Positions 1-8,712 of a stretch of 64,000 nucleotides of DNA are shown piece by piece. The stretch is from Roseomonas sp. (GTDB lineage: Bacteria > Pseudomonadota > Alphaproteobacteria > Acetobacterales > Acetobacteraceae): NCBI GenBank assembly GCA_020249865.1, contig JADCEV010000062.1, positions 530-64,529 on the forward strand. The letters run 5' to 3'. The notes below the pieces were generated by a model, which worked only from the letters and a program-made list of their open reading frames with translations, did no database searches and was not told where the DNA came from. Position numbers and translations under genes: made by a program. How positions within the stretch are numbered: position 1 is the first letter of the stretch; each line of letters opens with the position of its first letter.

Positions 1-1
1 G

Positions 2-2497
2 CTTGGTCTGCGCCACTTCGATGTGCAGATGATCGGCGGCATGGTGCTGCATGAAGGCAAGATCGCCGAGATGAAGACCGGCGAAGGCAAGACGCTGGTC
101 GCGACCCTGCCGGTTTACCTGAATGCGCTGCCCGCCAAGGGCGTGCATGTGGTGACGGTGAATGATTATTTGGCGAAGCGCGACGCGGAATGGATGGGGC
201 GCATCTATTCCTTCCTGGGCCTGACCGTTGGCGTGATTGTGCATGGGCTGACGGATGAACAGCGCCAGGCGGCCTATGCCTGCGATGTCACCTACGGCAC
301 CAACAACGAATACGGCTTTGATTATCTGCGCGACAATATGAAGTATCGCCTGGAAGATATGGTCCAGCGAGATTTCGCCTATGCCATTGTGGACGAGGTT
401 GACAGCATCCTGGTGGATGAGGCGCGCACGCCGCTGATCATCAGCGGTCCGACCGATGACACTTCCGACCTTTACCGCCGCACCGATGAGGTGATGAAGG
501 AGCTGGTGAAGGACAAGGACACCTTTGAGAAGGACGAAAAGCAGCGCACCGTGAGCCTGACGGAATTGGGCGGCGAAAGGGTGGAAGAATTGCTCCGCCA
601 ATACGGCCTGCTGACCGAAGGCAATATGTATGACACGGAGAACGTGTCACTCGTGCATCATGTGAATCAGGCCTTGCGGGCGCATACGCTTTTCGCGCGC
701 GATGTCGAATACATCGTCCGGCAGGACAAGATTGTGATCATTGATGAATTCACCGGCCGCATGATGGAAGGAAGGCGCTATTCCGATGGCTTGCATCAGG
801 CGCTTGAAGCCAAGGAACATGTGACAGTCCAGCCGGAGAATCAGACGCTCGCTTCCATCACCTTCCAGAATTACTTCCGGCTTTACCCGAAGCTTGCCGG
901 CATGACCGGTACGGCGGCGACGGAAGCGGATGAATTCGCCGAAATCTACAAGCTGGATGTGGTGGAAATCCCGACCAATGTGCCGGTCGCGCGCCTTGAT
1001 CAGGATGATGAGGTCTATCGCAGCGCCGAAGAAAAATATGAGGCTGTGGCACGGCTGATTGAGGAAGCCCGCGGGCGCGGCCAGCCCTGCCTGGTGGGCA
1101 CCACGAGCATTGAGAAGTCGGAGCTGATCTCAGCCCTGCTCAAGAAAAAGAACATCCCGCATCAGGTGCTGAATGCGCGCTACCATGAACAGGAAGCGAG
1201 CATTGTGGCGCAAGCCGGCCGTGCCGGCGCGGTGACGATTGCGACGAATATGGCGGGCCGCGGCACGGATATCCAATTGGGCGGCAATCTGGAAATGCTG
1301 GCGCGCCAGGAAGCCAACGCCAGCGAAGGCCCGGAATATGAAACGGCTCTGGCGCGCCACAAGGCCGAGGTGGATGAGGCGCGACCCATCGTGCGCGCTG
1401 CCGGTGGGCTTTTCGTGATTGGCACCGAACGCCATGAAAGCCGGCGCATTGACAATCAGCTGCGTGGCCGCTCCGGCCGCCAGGGGGACCCCGGCGCTTC
1501 GCGTTTCTTCCTGTCACTGGAAGATGATCTGATGCGCATCTTCGGGTCTGACCGCATGGGCGGGATGCTGCAAAAGCTCGGCCTGAAGGAAGGGGAGGCG
1601 ATTGTCCACCCCTGGATCAACAAGGCCCTGGAACGCGCGCAGAAAAAGGTTGAGGCACGCAACTTCGATATCCGCAAGAATCTGCTGAAATATGATGACG
1701 TGATGAATGACCAGCGCCGGGAAGTCTACGCCCAGCGCCGCGCCTTCATGATGGCGAATGAGGTTGCTGAAACCATCACGGAAATGCGCGAGGAAACCAT
1801 CACGGATATCGTGGCCCGCGCCATTCCGGAAAACGCCTATCCCGAGCAATGGGATCTGGAAAAGCTTGATCGTGAGGTCAAGGAAATCCTGAACCTTGAT
1901 CTGCCCGTGGCGGATTGGGCACGCGAAGAAGGCATTGATGATGATGCGGTGCGCGAACGCCTGATGCAGGCGGCGGCGCAGGCTTATGCGTCTCGTGCGG
2001 CCAATGTGGGGCCAGAGATCATGCGCCAGATCGAAAAATCCCTGCTGCTGCAGATTTTCGATCAATCCTGGAAGGAACATCTTCTGTCGCTGGATCATTT
2101 GCGCCAGGGCATTGGGTTGCGCGCCTATGGCCAGCGTGACCCGCTGAATGAGTACAAGAGCGAAGCCTTCCGCCTGTTCAATTCCATGCTGGAAAACCTG
2201 CGGGAACGTGTGACCAGCCTGCTGCTGCGCATTGAAATCCGCCCGGATGCGCCGCCACCTGCGCCGGAAGGCATTGGCGTTTTTGACATGCGTCACCCTG
2301 ATCCCGCTTTAGCGGGGGCCGAGATGATGGAGTTGGGTGGCCCGCCTGTCACCGCGCCGATCGGCACCGCGTCAGCGCGTTCCTTACCCGAAGCGGTGGA
2401 CCCGAATGACCCGAGCACTTGGGGCCGCACACCGCGCAATGCGCCTTGCCCGTGTGGGAGCGGGAAGAAGTTCAAGGCTTGTCACGGGCGGGTTTGA
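2..2497 (+). CDS. secA: Preprotein translocase ATPase SecA (5' end cut by window edge)
   Basis: The frame is open from nt 2. Motor motifs [14 protein letters not shown] and [19 protein letters not shown] are present, and the C-terminal zinc SEC-C motif [14 protein letters not shown] ends the protein. Confidence 0.97.
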   Translation, partial: LGLRHFDVQMIGGMVLHEGKIAEMKTGEGKTLVATLPVYLNALPAKGVHVVTVNDYLAKRDAEWMGRIYSFLGLTVGVIVHGLTDEQRQAAYACDVTYGTNNEYGFDYLRDNMKYRLEDMVQRDFAYAIVDEVDSILVDEARTPLIISGPTDDTSDLYRRTDEVMKELVKDKDTFEKDEKQRTVSLTELGGERVEELLRQYGLLTEGNMYDTENVSLVHHVNQALRAHTLFARDVEYIVRQDKIVIIDEFTGRMMEGRRYSDGLHQALEAKEHVTVQPENQTLASITFQNYFRLYPKLAGMTGTAATEADEFAEIYKLDVVEIPTNVPVARLDQDDEVYRSAEEKYEAVARLIEEARGRGQPCLVGTTSIEKSELISALLKKKNIPHQVLNARYHEQEASIVAQAGRAGAVTIATNMAGRGTDIQLGGNLEMLARQEANASEGPEYETALARHKAEVDEARPIVRAAGGLFVIGTERHESRRIDNQLRGRSGRQGDPGASRFFLSLEDDLMRIFGSDRMGGMLQKLGLKEGEAIVHPWINKALERAQKKVEARNFDIRKNLLKYDDVMNDQRREVYAQRRAFMMANEVAETITEMREETITDIVARAIPENAYPEQWDLEKLDREVKEILNLDLPVADWAREEGIDDDAVRERLMQAAAQAYASRAANVGPEIMRQIEKSLLLQIFDQSWKEHLLSLDHLRQGIGLRAYGQRDPLNEYKSEAFRLFNSMLENLRERVTSLLLRIEIRPDAPPPAPEGIGVFDMRHPDPALAGAEMMELGGPPVTAPIGTASARSLPEAVDPNDPSTWGRTPRNAPCPCGSGKKFKACHGRV

Positions 2498-2687
2498 GGC
2501 ATTTGCTGGTCCAGTAATTCCATCCGGCTCATAAAAGCTTTAGGTCAGCGCTTCTGGAGCAGGGACCTCCTCATGCCGACGCGCCCTTATCGGCCTCGAC
2601 CTCGGCCAGGAGCCCGTCAAGTTCCTGCCGTGCATCGGCCTTGAGAAGACGCTTGAGCGGCTTTCATGATCGCGCTACGAACTGCGC

Positions 2688-3329
2688 ATGATCCTCGTTG
2701 GCCAGTTCGACTCTCCCTTTGCGCGGCGTGTGGCAGTGACGCTCAATCACTACCGCATGCCTTACACGCGCAATCCGATCTCGGTGTTCCGCGACATGGA
2801 GGAGATGCGAAAGATCAATCCGCTGGTGCGCGTGCCTTCGCTGATTCTGGGATCGGGTGAGGTGCTGATCGACTCCTCCGCCATCATCGACCACTTGGAT
2901 GAGATGGCCGGACCTGCCCGCGCGCTGACGCCGCCGCATGGGCCGAAGCGGCGCAAGGTGCTGCAGGCGGTGGTGCTGGCGCATGGGGTGATGGACAAGA
3001 GCGTTGCTCTGTCCTTCGAGCGGCTGTTTCACAGCGACAAGCACATCAACCGTGACTTCGAAAAGCGGATGATGCAGCAGATTTCGGCCGCGCTCGACAA
3101 ACTTGAGCATGACTGCGGCGCGCCTTGGTTCTTTGACGGAAAGATGACGCAGGCCGACATCACCACCGGCTGCCTGCTCGGCTACATGAAGATACGCGTG
3201 CCCGATATGTTTCCGGCGGACAAGTATCCGAAGCTTCACCGCCTCGCGCTCCATTGTGAGAGCATGGAAGAATTCTTGAAGGCCCGGCCCTCGCCTAACG
3301 AAACGGTGCCAGACCAGACGCGGAATTAG
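2688..3329 (+). CDS. Glutathione S-transferase family protein
   Basis: 213 aa. It has a thioredoxin-like N-terminus (SPFARRV, VPSLIL) followed by a helical C-terminal half typical of GSTs. GC looks slightly below the local background. Confidence 0.7.
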   Translation: MILVGQFDSPFARRVAVTLNHYRMPYTRNPISVFRDMEEMRKINPLVRVPSLILGSGEVLIDSSAIIDHLDEMAGPARALTPPHGPKRRKVLQAVVLAHGVMDKSVALSFERLFHSDKHINRDFEKRMMQQISAALDKLEHDCGAPWFFDGKMTQADITTGCLLGYMKIRVPDMFPADKYPKLHRLALHCESMEEFLKARPSPNETVPDQTRN

Positions 3330-3402
3330 TCGGCTGTAAGCCCGACATATCGGCGCAGGCCATGCCGGCTAAGCAATGCAAAGCCTGTCACGGGCGATTT
3401 TA

Positions 3403-3443
3403 GCGTATTTTCAAGCCAAATAGCGGCGCCGCTACAAATACGC
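3403..3443. repeat. Diverged copy of the intergenic hairpin repeat (module 1), nested inside a longer imperfect palindrome 3381-3455
   Basis: GCGTATTTTCAAGCCAAA-TAGCGGCGCCGCTA-CAAATACGC shares the GC.TTTTCAAGCCAA 5' flank and the AAA..GC closing arm with copies at 14761, 56903 and 59153. Outer arms AAGCCTGTCA (3381-3390) and TGACAGGCTT (3446-3455) also pair. Confidence 0.4.
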
Positions 3444-3444
3444 G

Positions 3445-3473
3445 TTGACAGGCTTTTAGGTGAACCACTAGCT
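3445..3473 (+). promoter_or_regulatory. Candidate sigma70-type promoter (TTGACA-N17-CTAGCT)
   Basis: Perfect -35 TTGACA at 3445-3450. A weak -10 CTAGCT at 3468-3473 follows a 17-nt spacer. It lies about 180 nt upstream of a strong intrinsic terminator. Confidence 0.3.
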
Positions 3474-3477
3474 TCTA

Positions 3478-3665
3478 ATGCATGGACGATCCTTGCCGCC
3501 GCATCGCTAGCCGACGCCGTCGCTGCTTCCCAGCGGCGGCTTCTTTAGCTGCGTGCAGACAAGCCCCTCCCAAGGTGAGGTCCGCCCTGTAGCGGTCCAA
3601 CCCCGAGGCGGCATCAGCCCGCATCTTTGAACCCCCGCAGCCCCTGGCTTCGGGGGTTTTTCTTT
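3478..3665 (+). ncRNA. Candidate structured sRNA or cis-acting leader (class unknown)
   Basis: No credible ORF. A 10-bp hairpin GCCGUCGCUG/CAGCGGCGGC (3516-3540) carries the loop CUUCC. An unpaired C-rich stretch CCCCUCCC lies at 3564-3571. Long-range pairs are UGCCGCC (3494-3500) with GGCGGCA (3607-3613), and UCGCUA (3504-3509) with UAGCGG (3590-3595). It ends in an intrinsic terminator. Confidence 0.35.
3631..3665 (+). terminator. Rho-independent terminator
   Basis: Stem ACCCCCG/CGGGGGT with a 13-nt loop, followed by TTTTTCTTT. Confidence 0.75.
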
Positions 3666-3687
3666 GCCCAACTCGCAGGAATATCTC

Positions 3688-4236
3688 ATGCAGAATTGCA
3701 AGACCGACCACCCCAATCCGCCACAAATATCCAAGGATGCCGGGCAGAAAACGCTGCGGCGCGCCACCACCGCTGATGTGACGATCATCCGCTACCTCGC
3801 CCGCGCGGCCTACGCGAAGTGGGTGCCCATCCTCGGGCGGGAGCCGCGACCGATGACCGCCGACTACGAGGCGGGAGTGCGCGACCACCTGATAGACCTG
3901 CTGCGTGTGGACGGCGAAGCCGTGGCGCTGATCGAAATGGCGCCTAAGGCTGACCACCTGCTGATCGTCAACGTCGCGGTAGTACCCACCCATCAGGGCT
4001 GTGGCCATGGCAGCGCGCTGATGGCGCATGCTGAGGAAGTCGCCCGCTCTCTCAACCTGAGCGAGATGCGGCTCTACACCAACGCGCGATTTACCGAGAA
4101 TCTCCGACTCTACGGCAGGCTCGGCTATCGGGTTGATCGCGAGGAAGAGCACCCGCAGTTCGGAGCGACTGTATACATGAGCAAGCGCCTCGACGCCGCA
4201 GGCAACGAGCAATCCAGCAATAGGAAACCATCATGA
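3688..4236 (+). CDS. GNAT family N-acetyltransferase
   Basis: Acetyl-CoA binding block VAVVPTHQGCGHGSALM. AGGAA lies 6 nt before the ATG at 3688 (the ORF track starts at 3664). The stop overlaps the argC ATG (ATGA at 4233-4236). Confidence 0.75.
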   Translation: MQNCKTDHPNPPQISKDAGQKTLRRATTADVTIIRYLARAAYAKWVPILGREPRPMTADYEAGVRDHLIDLLRVDGEAVALIEMAPKADHLLIVNVAVVPTHQGCGHGSALMAHAEEVARSLNLSEMRLYTNARFTENLRLYGRLGYRVDREEEHPQFGATVYMSKRLDAAGNEQSSNRKPS

Positions 4237-5210
4237 GCATTCGTATTGGCATTGTCGGGATCAGCGGTTTTGGTGGTGGCGAGGCGATGCGCCTGGTCGC
4301 AAACCACCCGGCTTTCGAACTGGTCTACGCCGCAGGTGAGGGCAGCGCCGGCAGCCGCTTGGGGGATCGCTTCCCCGGTGTGCCAGCCAAACTGGCCGAA
4401 ATGGTGATCGAGAAATGGGACCCGGCGATGCTCCCGAAGCTTGATGTACTATTCGCTTCGCTGCCTACGGGCAGTTCCGCCGAGGCGCTGGCGCGTGTCT
4501 CCAAAAGCGTGAAGATCGTCGATATCGGTGGTGACCATCGCTACGTTGAGGGTTGGACTTATGGCTTGGCTGATGTCTGGCCGGCGCAGATTGCGGGTCA
4601 GACCCGCATTGCCAATCCCGGGTGTTTTCCAGCGGCAGCGCTGACAGCACTCGCGCCATTGCTAGCCAATAAGTTGATCGAACCGGGCAACATCGTGATT
4701 GATGCCAAGACCGGCATCTCTGGTGCTGGTCGGGGCGGCGGCGACACAAAGTTCGGCTTTGCCGAGATCAACGAGAATTTGGTGCCCTATGGTCTGCTGA
4801 AGCACACGCACATGCCCGAGATGGCCAAAACGATTGAGCGGCTAAGCGACAGCAGCTCGGCCGGTCTGGTATTTACGCCGCACTTGGTGCCGATGACCCG
4901 CGGCATACTCGCGACCATCTACTGCCGCGGCCGCGCTACCACGGACCAATGCCTGGACGCGGCGCGGCGCTTCTACGACGGGCGGGCTTTTGTGCGCGTG
5001 ACCGATAAGCCACCGCAGACCAAGTGGGCGACCGGGTCGAACCTTTCGTTCGTCAGCTACGCAACGGACCCAGAGCGAAACTTGGTGATTGCGATGGGCG
5101 TGGTGGATAATCTCGGCAAGGGGGCGGCAGGCCAGGCGGTACAGAATGCGAATCTGATCTGCGGCCTGCCGGAAACGGCTGGGCTGGAGGGCGTGCCTGT
5201 TTGGCCGTGA
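4233..5210 (+). CDS. argC: N-acetyl-gamma-glutamyl-phosphate reductase (ArgC/LysY family)
   Basis: Rossmann N-terminus IGIVGISGFGGGE, active-site NPGCFP motif, and C-terminal DNLGKGAAGQAVQN. Confidence 0.85.
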   Translation: MSIRIGIVGISGFGGGEAMRLVANHPAFELVYAAGEGSAGSRLGDRFPGVPAKLAEMVIEKWDPAMLPKLDVLFASLPTGSSAEALARVSKSVKIVDIGGDHRYVEGWTYGLADVWPAQIAGQTRIANPGCFPAAALTALAPLLANKLIEPGNIVIDAKTGISGAGRGGGDTKFGFAEINENLVPYGLLKHTHMPEMAKTIERLSDSSSAGLVFTPHLVPMTRGILATIYCRGRATTDQCLDAARRFYDGRAFVRVTDKPPQTKWATGSNLSFVSYATDPERNLVIAMGVVDNLGKGAAGQAVQNANLICGLPETAGLEGVPVWP

Positions 5211-5322
5211 GCGTCGCCAAGCGCATAATCAAACCGCTCGCTGCAACGCGCGCCAAATCATGCATTTCGCGCTATAGGCAGGCAAGAAAAGTCAGAGGTC
5301 GGGCGCTGCCCGGAAATACCGC

Positions 5323-5784
5323 ATGAAACTGGCCCGCCATGGCCTGATCGCCCTGATGCTGCTGGTGTTTGCCGCGCCTGCTGATGCCGCCTGGGAATAT
5401 ACGCGCTGGGGCATGACGGAAGCCCAGGCGGTAACCGCATCGCGTCGCGCGGTGCGCAGCCTGCCGGCGGCGGAACGGCGCATGATGGATGCGCGGGTGG
5501 AATATCGTGCGCGTGGGACCTTCAGCGTGGAGGGGCTGCGCATGAATATTGCCTTCGGCTTCGATATCAAAACCGGCGGCCTGGCCTGCGTTTCAGGCCG
5601 TGGTGCTGCGGCGCAGGGTGATGTGCTGCGCCAAAGATTGATCACACGCTTCGGGCCGCCGGAATTTGATGATCAGGACCCGCGCAGTAAGGAGCAGGAT
5701 ATCGGCTGGACCACGCCGGACAAGATTGATCTGGTGATTACCTCAGCCGGCTTTACCCTGCTGCATTGCGCGCCGGGCTACTGA
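5323..5784 (+). CDS. Hypothetical secreted protein
   Basis: 153 aa with an N-terminal signal-like peptide MKLARHGLIALMLLVFAAPADA. I recognise no domain. The 3' end overlaps the convergent PrpD-like gene by 32 nt. Confidence 0.5.
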   Translation: MKLARHGLIALMLLVFAAPADAAWEYTRWGMTEAQAVTASRRAVRSLPAAERRMMDARVEYRARGTFSVEGLRMNIAFGFDIKTGGLACVSGRGAAAQGDVLRQRLITRFGPPEFDDQDPRSKEQDIGWTTPDKIDLVITSAGFTLLHCAPGY

Positions 5785-7117
5785 GCAAAGCCATCAAAGG
5801 CGCAATGGACGCCGCCTGATCCAACGCCCAAAGCGCCGCAATCTGCGCTTCCACATCGGAAGTGGTGCCGCCAAGTGCGGCATTGGCGCGGTATTTGGCG
5901 GCGAGTTCCGCGTCACTCAGCGGGTGTTCAGCGCTGCCGCGCGGGTGTTCGACATAGTGCTGATGCGTGCTGCCATCAGTCAGCATGATGGTCACGCGCG
6001 CCGCACCGCGTGGCAGGCTGGCATCGCATGCCGCCACCACTTTGGCGCGCAGCGCCGCAAGGGAAGCATCCTGCACCGCGGGCATTTCAAAATCCGCCAC
6101 ATCCGCGCGGCCAAGCGCCAGCGCAATCGCGGCGCAGTGATGGATGCTGACGCGCGTGTCGCGTTCATTGCGCACTTCGCGATCCCCGCGCGCCAGCAGC
6201 AGCGCATCACCGGCCACCGTCACGGCTTTAATGTGCTCGACTGAAGTGCCAAGCTGTTCGCGCAGCGCCAGGCAGGCATCAATCACCGCGTGAAAGACAA
6301 TTCCCGCCGCATAAGGCTTGTAGGTATTGCGCGCGATTTCCCAGCGCTGGCCGAGCCCTTCGGTGATCTCGGCCAGTACTGGTTCATCTCCCATCGCGCG
6401 TGCCCAACCAAGCGGGCCTTCAATGGCAAGTGGCGCAGCGCGATAGCCGCGTGCTGCGAAGCGCGCGGCCAGAATGCCATTACGCGCCGCATTGCCCACG
6501 CCGATATTCTTGGCCGCCGTCGCCAGGTTTTCGATGATGCTGCCTGATTGGCTGGCGGCGATGCCAAGCGCATGCGCGGTTTCTTCTGCCGATAGCCGCA
6601 TCAGCCGCGCCGCTGCCGCCGCCGCGCCGAAAATCCCGCAGCTTGCCGTGATGTGCCAGCCCCGTGCGTAATGTCTGGGGGAGACAGCATTGCCGATGCG
6701 GCAGGCGATTTCTCCGCCCAGTAGAAAGGCATGCAAAACCTCGGCCCCGCTGGCGCCGAGTTCCTCACCAAGCGCCAAGGCCACGGGCGCCACCGGTGCA
6801 CTTGGGTGGATCACGGTATTCAGATGCGTATCGTCATAATCAAGCAAGTTTGAAGCGATGGCATTGACGAAGGCCGCTTCCATCACGCCAAGCCTATCAC
6901 GCTGCCCCAGCACGGTGGCGCGCGGCTTGCCGGAGACTTCGCGCATGATTTCAAGCGCAGTGATCACCGCCGGATCACGCGCAACACCCAGCGCGCAGCC
7001 GATGTGATTGAGGATGGAACGCCGCCCTTCATGCCGCAGCGCTTCGGGCAGGGCTTCAAACCGTGATTCAGCGACAAAACGCCCAAGGATTTGCGTGGCG
7101 GAAAATGCTTCACCCAT
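5753..7117 (-). CDS. MmgE/PrpD family protein
   Basis: 454 aa. Family-typical blocks: LDYDDTH, GAAAAAARL, and a C-terminal HPRGS..PLSDAEL.KY. Confidence 0.85.
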   Translation of the reverse strand: MGEAFSATQILGRFVAESRFEALPEALRHEGRRSILNHIGCALGVARDPAVITALEIMREVSGKPRATVLGQRDRLGVMEAAFVNAIASNLLDYDDTHLNTVIHPSAPVAPVALALGEELGASGAEVLHAFLLGGEIACRIGNAVSPRHYARGWHITASCGIFGAAAAAARLMRLSAEETAHALGIAASQSGSIIENLATAAKNIGVGNAARNGILAARFAARGYRAAPLAIEGPLGWARAMGDEPVLAEITEGLGQRWEIARNTYKPYAAGIVFHAVIDACLALREQLGTSVEHIKAVTVAGDALLLARGDREVRNERDTRVSIHHCAAIALALGRADVADFEMPAVQDASLAALRAKVVAACDASLPRGAARVTIMLTDGSTHQHYVEHPRGSAEHPLSDAELAAKYRANAALGGTTSDVEAQIAALWALDQAASIAPLMALLSSPARNAAG

Positions 7118-7134
7118 GGGGCACGCCCTTTGAT

Positions 7135-7875
7135 CTATTCAGCGATTTCACGCGCCATGACGCGCGCCGGCGCGCCATCTGATCCGGTGATGGCTAGTGC
7201 ACCAAAGATGAATTCCACGCGCTTCCCGGCAAGGGGGCGGGGTCCGCGCAAATGTTCACAAATCAGCACGCCATCACGCAGCAGGCGCTGATGCACGGGC
7301 CAGGTGAAGCCCTCAGCTGGACGACGATGCACCGGCAGATCAGGTGTTGGGAAATCACAAGCGAGCAGCTTCACCTGCTTCGCCACAATCCAATCCGCTG
7401 CTGCAAGACTCAAACACGGATGCGCATCATAGGCGGATGTATTGATGTGCGGCGAAGACCCCGTATCCAGCGCAAGGATATCACCCGGGCGCAGCAAGGG
7501 GCGCGCAGCTTCCAGATGTTCTGGTTCGATCAGGCTATTGGCCGGCAAATCAAAGCGCCAGACAACGCCGGGACCATTCCAGCGTTCCAAGGGAACTTGT
7601 TCCATGCTGGGGCCATCGCTGAAGAAGTGGCAGGGCGCATCCACATGCGTGCCGGTATGCACCACCATCTCAAAGCTGGTGACAGTAAGCGGATCAGCCG
7701 GCAGGCAAAACAGCTTCTTGACCTTGGGCGGGCCGAAGGTGGGCACGCGCGGCATTGCTTCATCTATCGGGTGAGTCAGATCCAACCACGGCCCGAGCGG
7801 CTTGGTTGCCGTCCGCGGTGGCAGCGGCATCCAACCACGCCAACCAAGCCCGCGTTCCTTTGCCTTATCGCACAT
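7135..7875 (-). CDS. Cyclase family protein (arylformamidase/kynurenine formamidase-like)
   Basis: HTGTHVDAPCHF metal-binding motif. The start may be an internal Met. Confidence 0.75.
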   Translation of the reverse strand: MCDKAKERGLGWRGWMPLPPRTATKPLGPWLDLTHPIDEAMPRVPTFGPPKVKKLFCLPADPLTVTSFEMVVHTGTHVDAPCHFFSDGPSMEQVPLERWNGPGVVWRFDLPANSLIEPEHLEAARPLLRPGDILALDTGSSPHINTSAYDAHPCLSLAAADWIVAKQVKLLACDFPTPDLPVHRRPAEGFTWPVHQRLLRDGVLICEHLRGPRPLAGKRVEFIFGALAITGSDGAPARVMAREIAE

Positions 7876-8061
7876 GTTTTCTTTCCCCTATGCAGCGCGC
7901 ATTTTTCAGGGCTTGGGCGTCAGTGAAAGTTTTTTCATGCTGCCCTCCCTCTCTTGCCAGGATCGTGGCCGGGCGCGCGCTATCTGTCCAGCACGCGCAC
8001 CGCTTCCCCTCGCGCGCCAGCGGCGCAATACTCGGCCCCAAGACCAAAGGGATGAAACAGC

Positions 8062-8712
8062 ATGGCCAAGGGCGGCGGTTTGCTTTGCGTGATGAATGAT
8101 GTCGCGCCAGCCTGTGATCGGCGCGATTACGAAGCCTGGTATCAGCAGGATCACGTGCCGGATCGGCTGGGCATTCCGGGGTTTCTCTCTGCCCGGCGTT
8201 ATCGTCGCCTGAATGGCCCGCGTGCGGAGTTTCTCACCTTCTACGAAACCGAGACACCGCAAGTGTTATGTTCCGCGCCTTATCTCAAGCGCTTGGCAGA
8301 GCCCACGGAGTGGACCGCGCGCATCATGGCGCATTTCCGCACCATGTCGCGCAGTATTTGCCGCGTTGCCTTGGATGAGGGGCAAGCAGGTGCTGGTGGC
8401 TTGCTGGCGCTGATCGCCCATAATGCGGCACCAGCTTCGGGGCTTGAAGCACAATTGACCAAAGCCCTCGAACAGCCCGGCGTGACGCGCGTGCGGCTGT
8501 GGTGCGCTGATCCATCCGTGACCGTCCCAAGCCCCGAAGAAAAACTACGCCCAGGGGGCGATGGGTCCTTCGCTATGATTATCGTGGTTGAAGGCACGAA
8601 TGCCGAAATGATCAATGCAGCGATTGCTGCGCAGGGTGTATCGGACCCCGCCACTTTCTACAGCCTGATCTACGCGTCACCGGAACTACCCCAGAAGGAA
8701 GCCACAGCATGA
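8062..8712 (+). CDS. Hypothetical protein, possibly a tandem dimeric alpha/beta-barrel (EthD-like)
   Basis: 216 aa. The pattern YEAWYQQDHVPDRLGIPGFLSARRY resembles EthD/Dabb-type proteins, which is a weak assignment. The stop overlaps the start of the next PrpD-like gene. Confidence 0.45.
   Translation: MAKGGGLLCVMNDVAPACDRRDYEAWYQQDHVPDRLGIPGFLSARRYRRLNGPRAEFLTFYETETPQVLCSAPYLKRLAEPTEWTARIMAHFRTMSRSICRVALDEGQAGAGGLLALIAHNAAPASGLEAQLTKALEQPGVTRVRLWCADPSVTVPSPEEKLRPGGDGSFAMIIVVEGTNAEMINAAIAAQGVSDPATFYSLIYASPELPQKEATA

Noticed and set aside
2571-2666. A minus-strand 30-codon open stretch (KPLKRLLKADARQELDGLLAEVEADKGASA*) between secA and GST. It looks like the C-terminus of a small ribbon-helix-helix or antitoxin-like protein.
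   Set aside because: It is bounded upstream by an in-frame stop, has no start codon, and is too short to assign. At most it is a gene relic, and it is mentioned only as context for the possible integration scar.
3478-3665. Whether the structured non-coding unit is SRP (4.5S) RNA, two-piece tmRNA or 6S RNA.
   Set aside because: There is no GGAA-capped helix 8 with AGCA/GGA loops on the plus strand; a GGGAAGCAGC string exists only on the minus strand, which lacks the promoter and terminator. There is no T-arm GGTTCGA or CCA end, and no Ala-initiated tag ORF ending in AA-stop. No long closing stem with a central bubble is convincing. It is left as unclassified rather than assigned.
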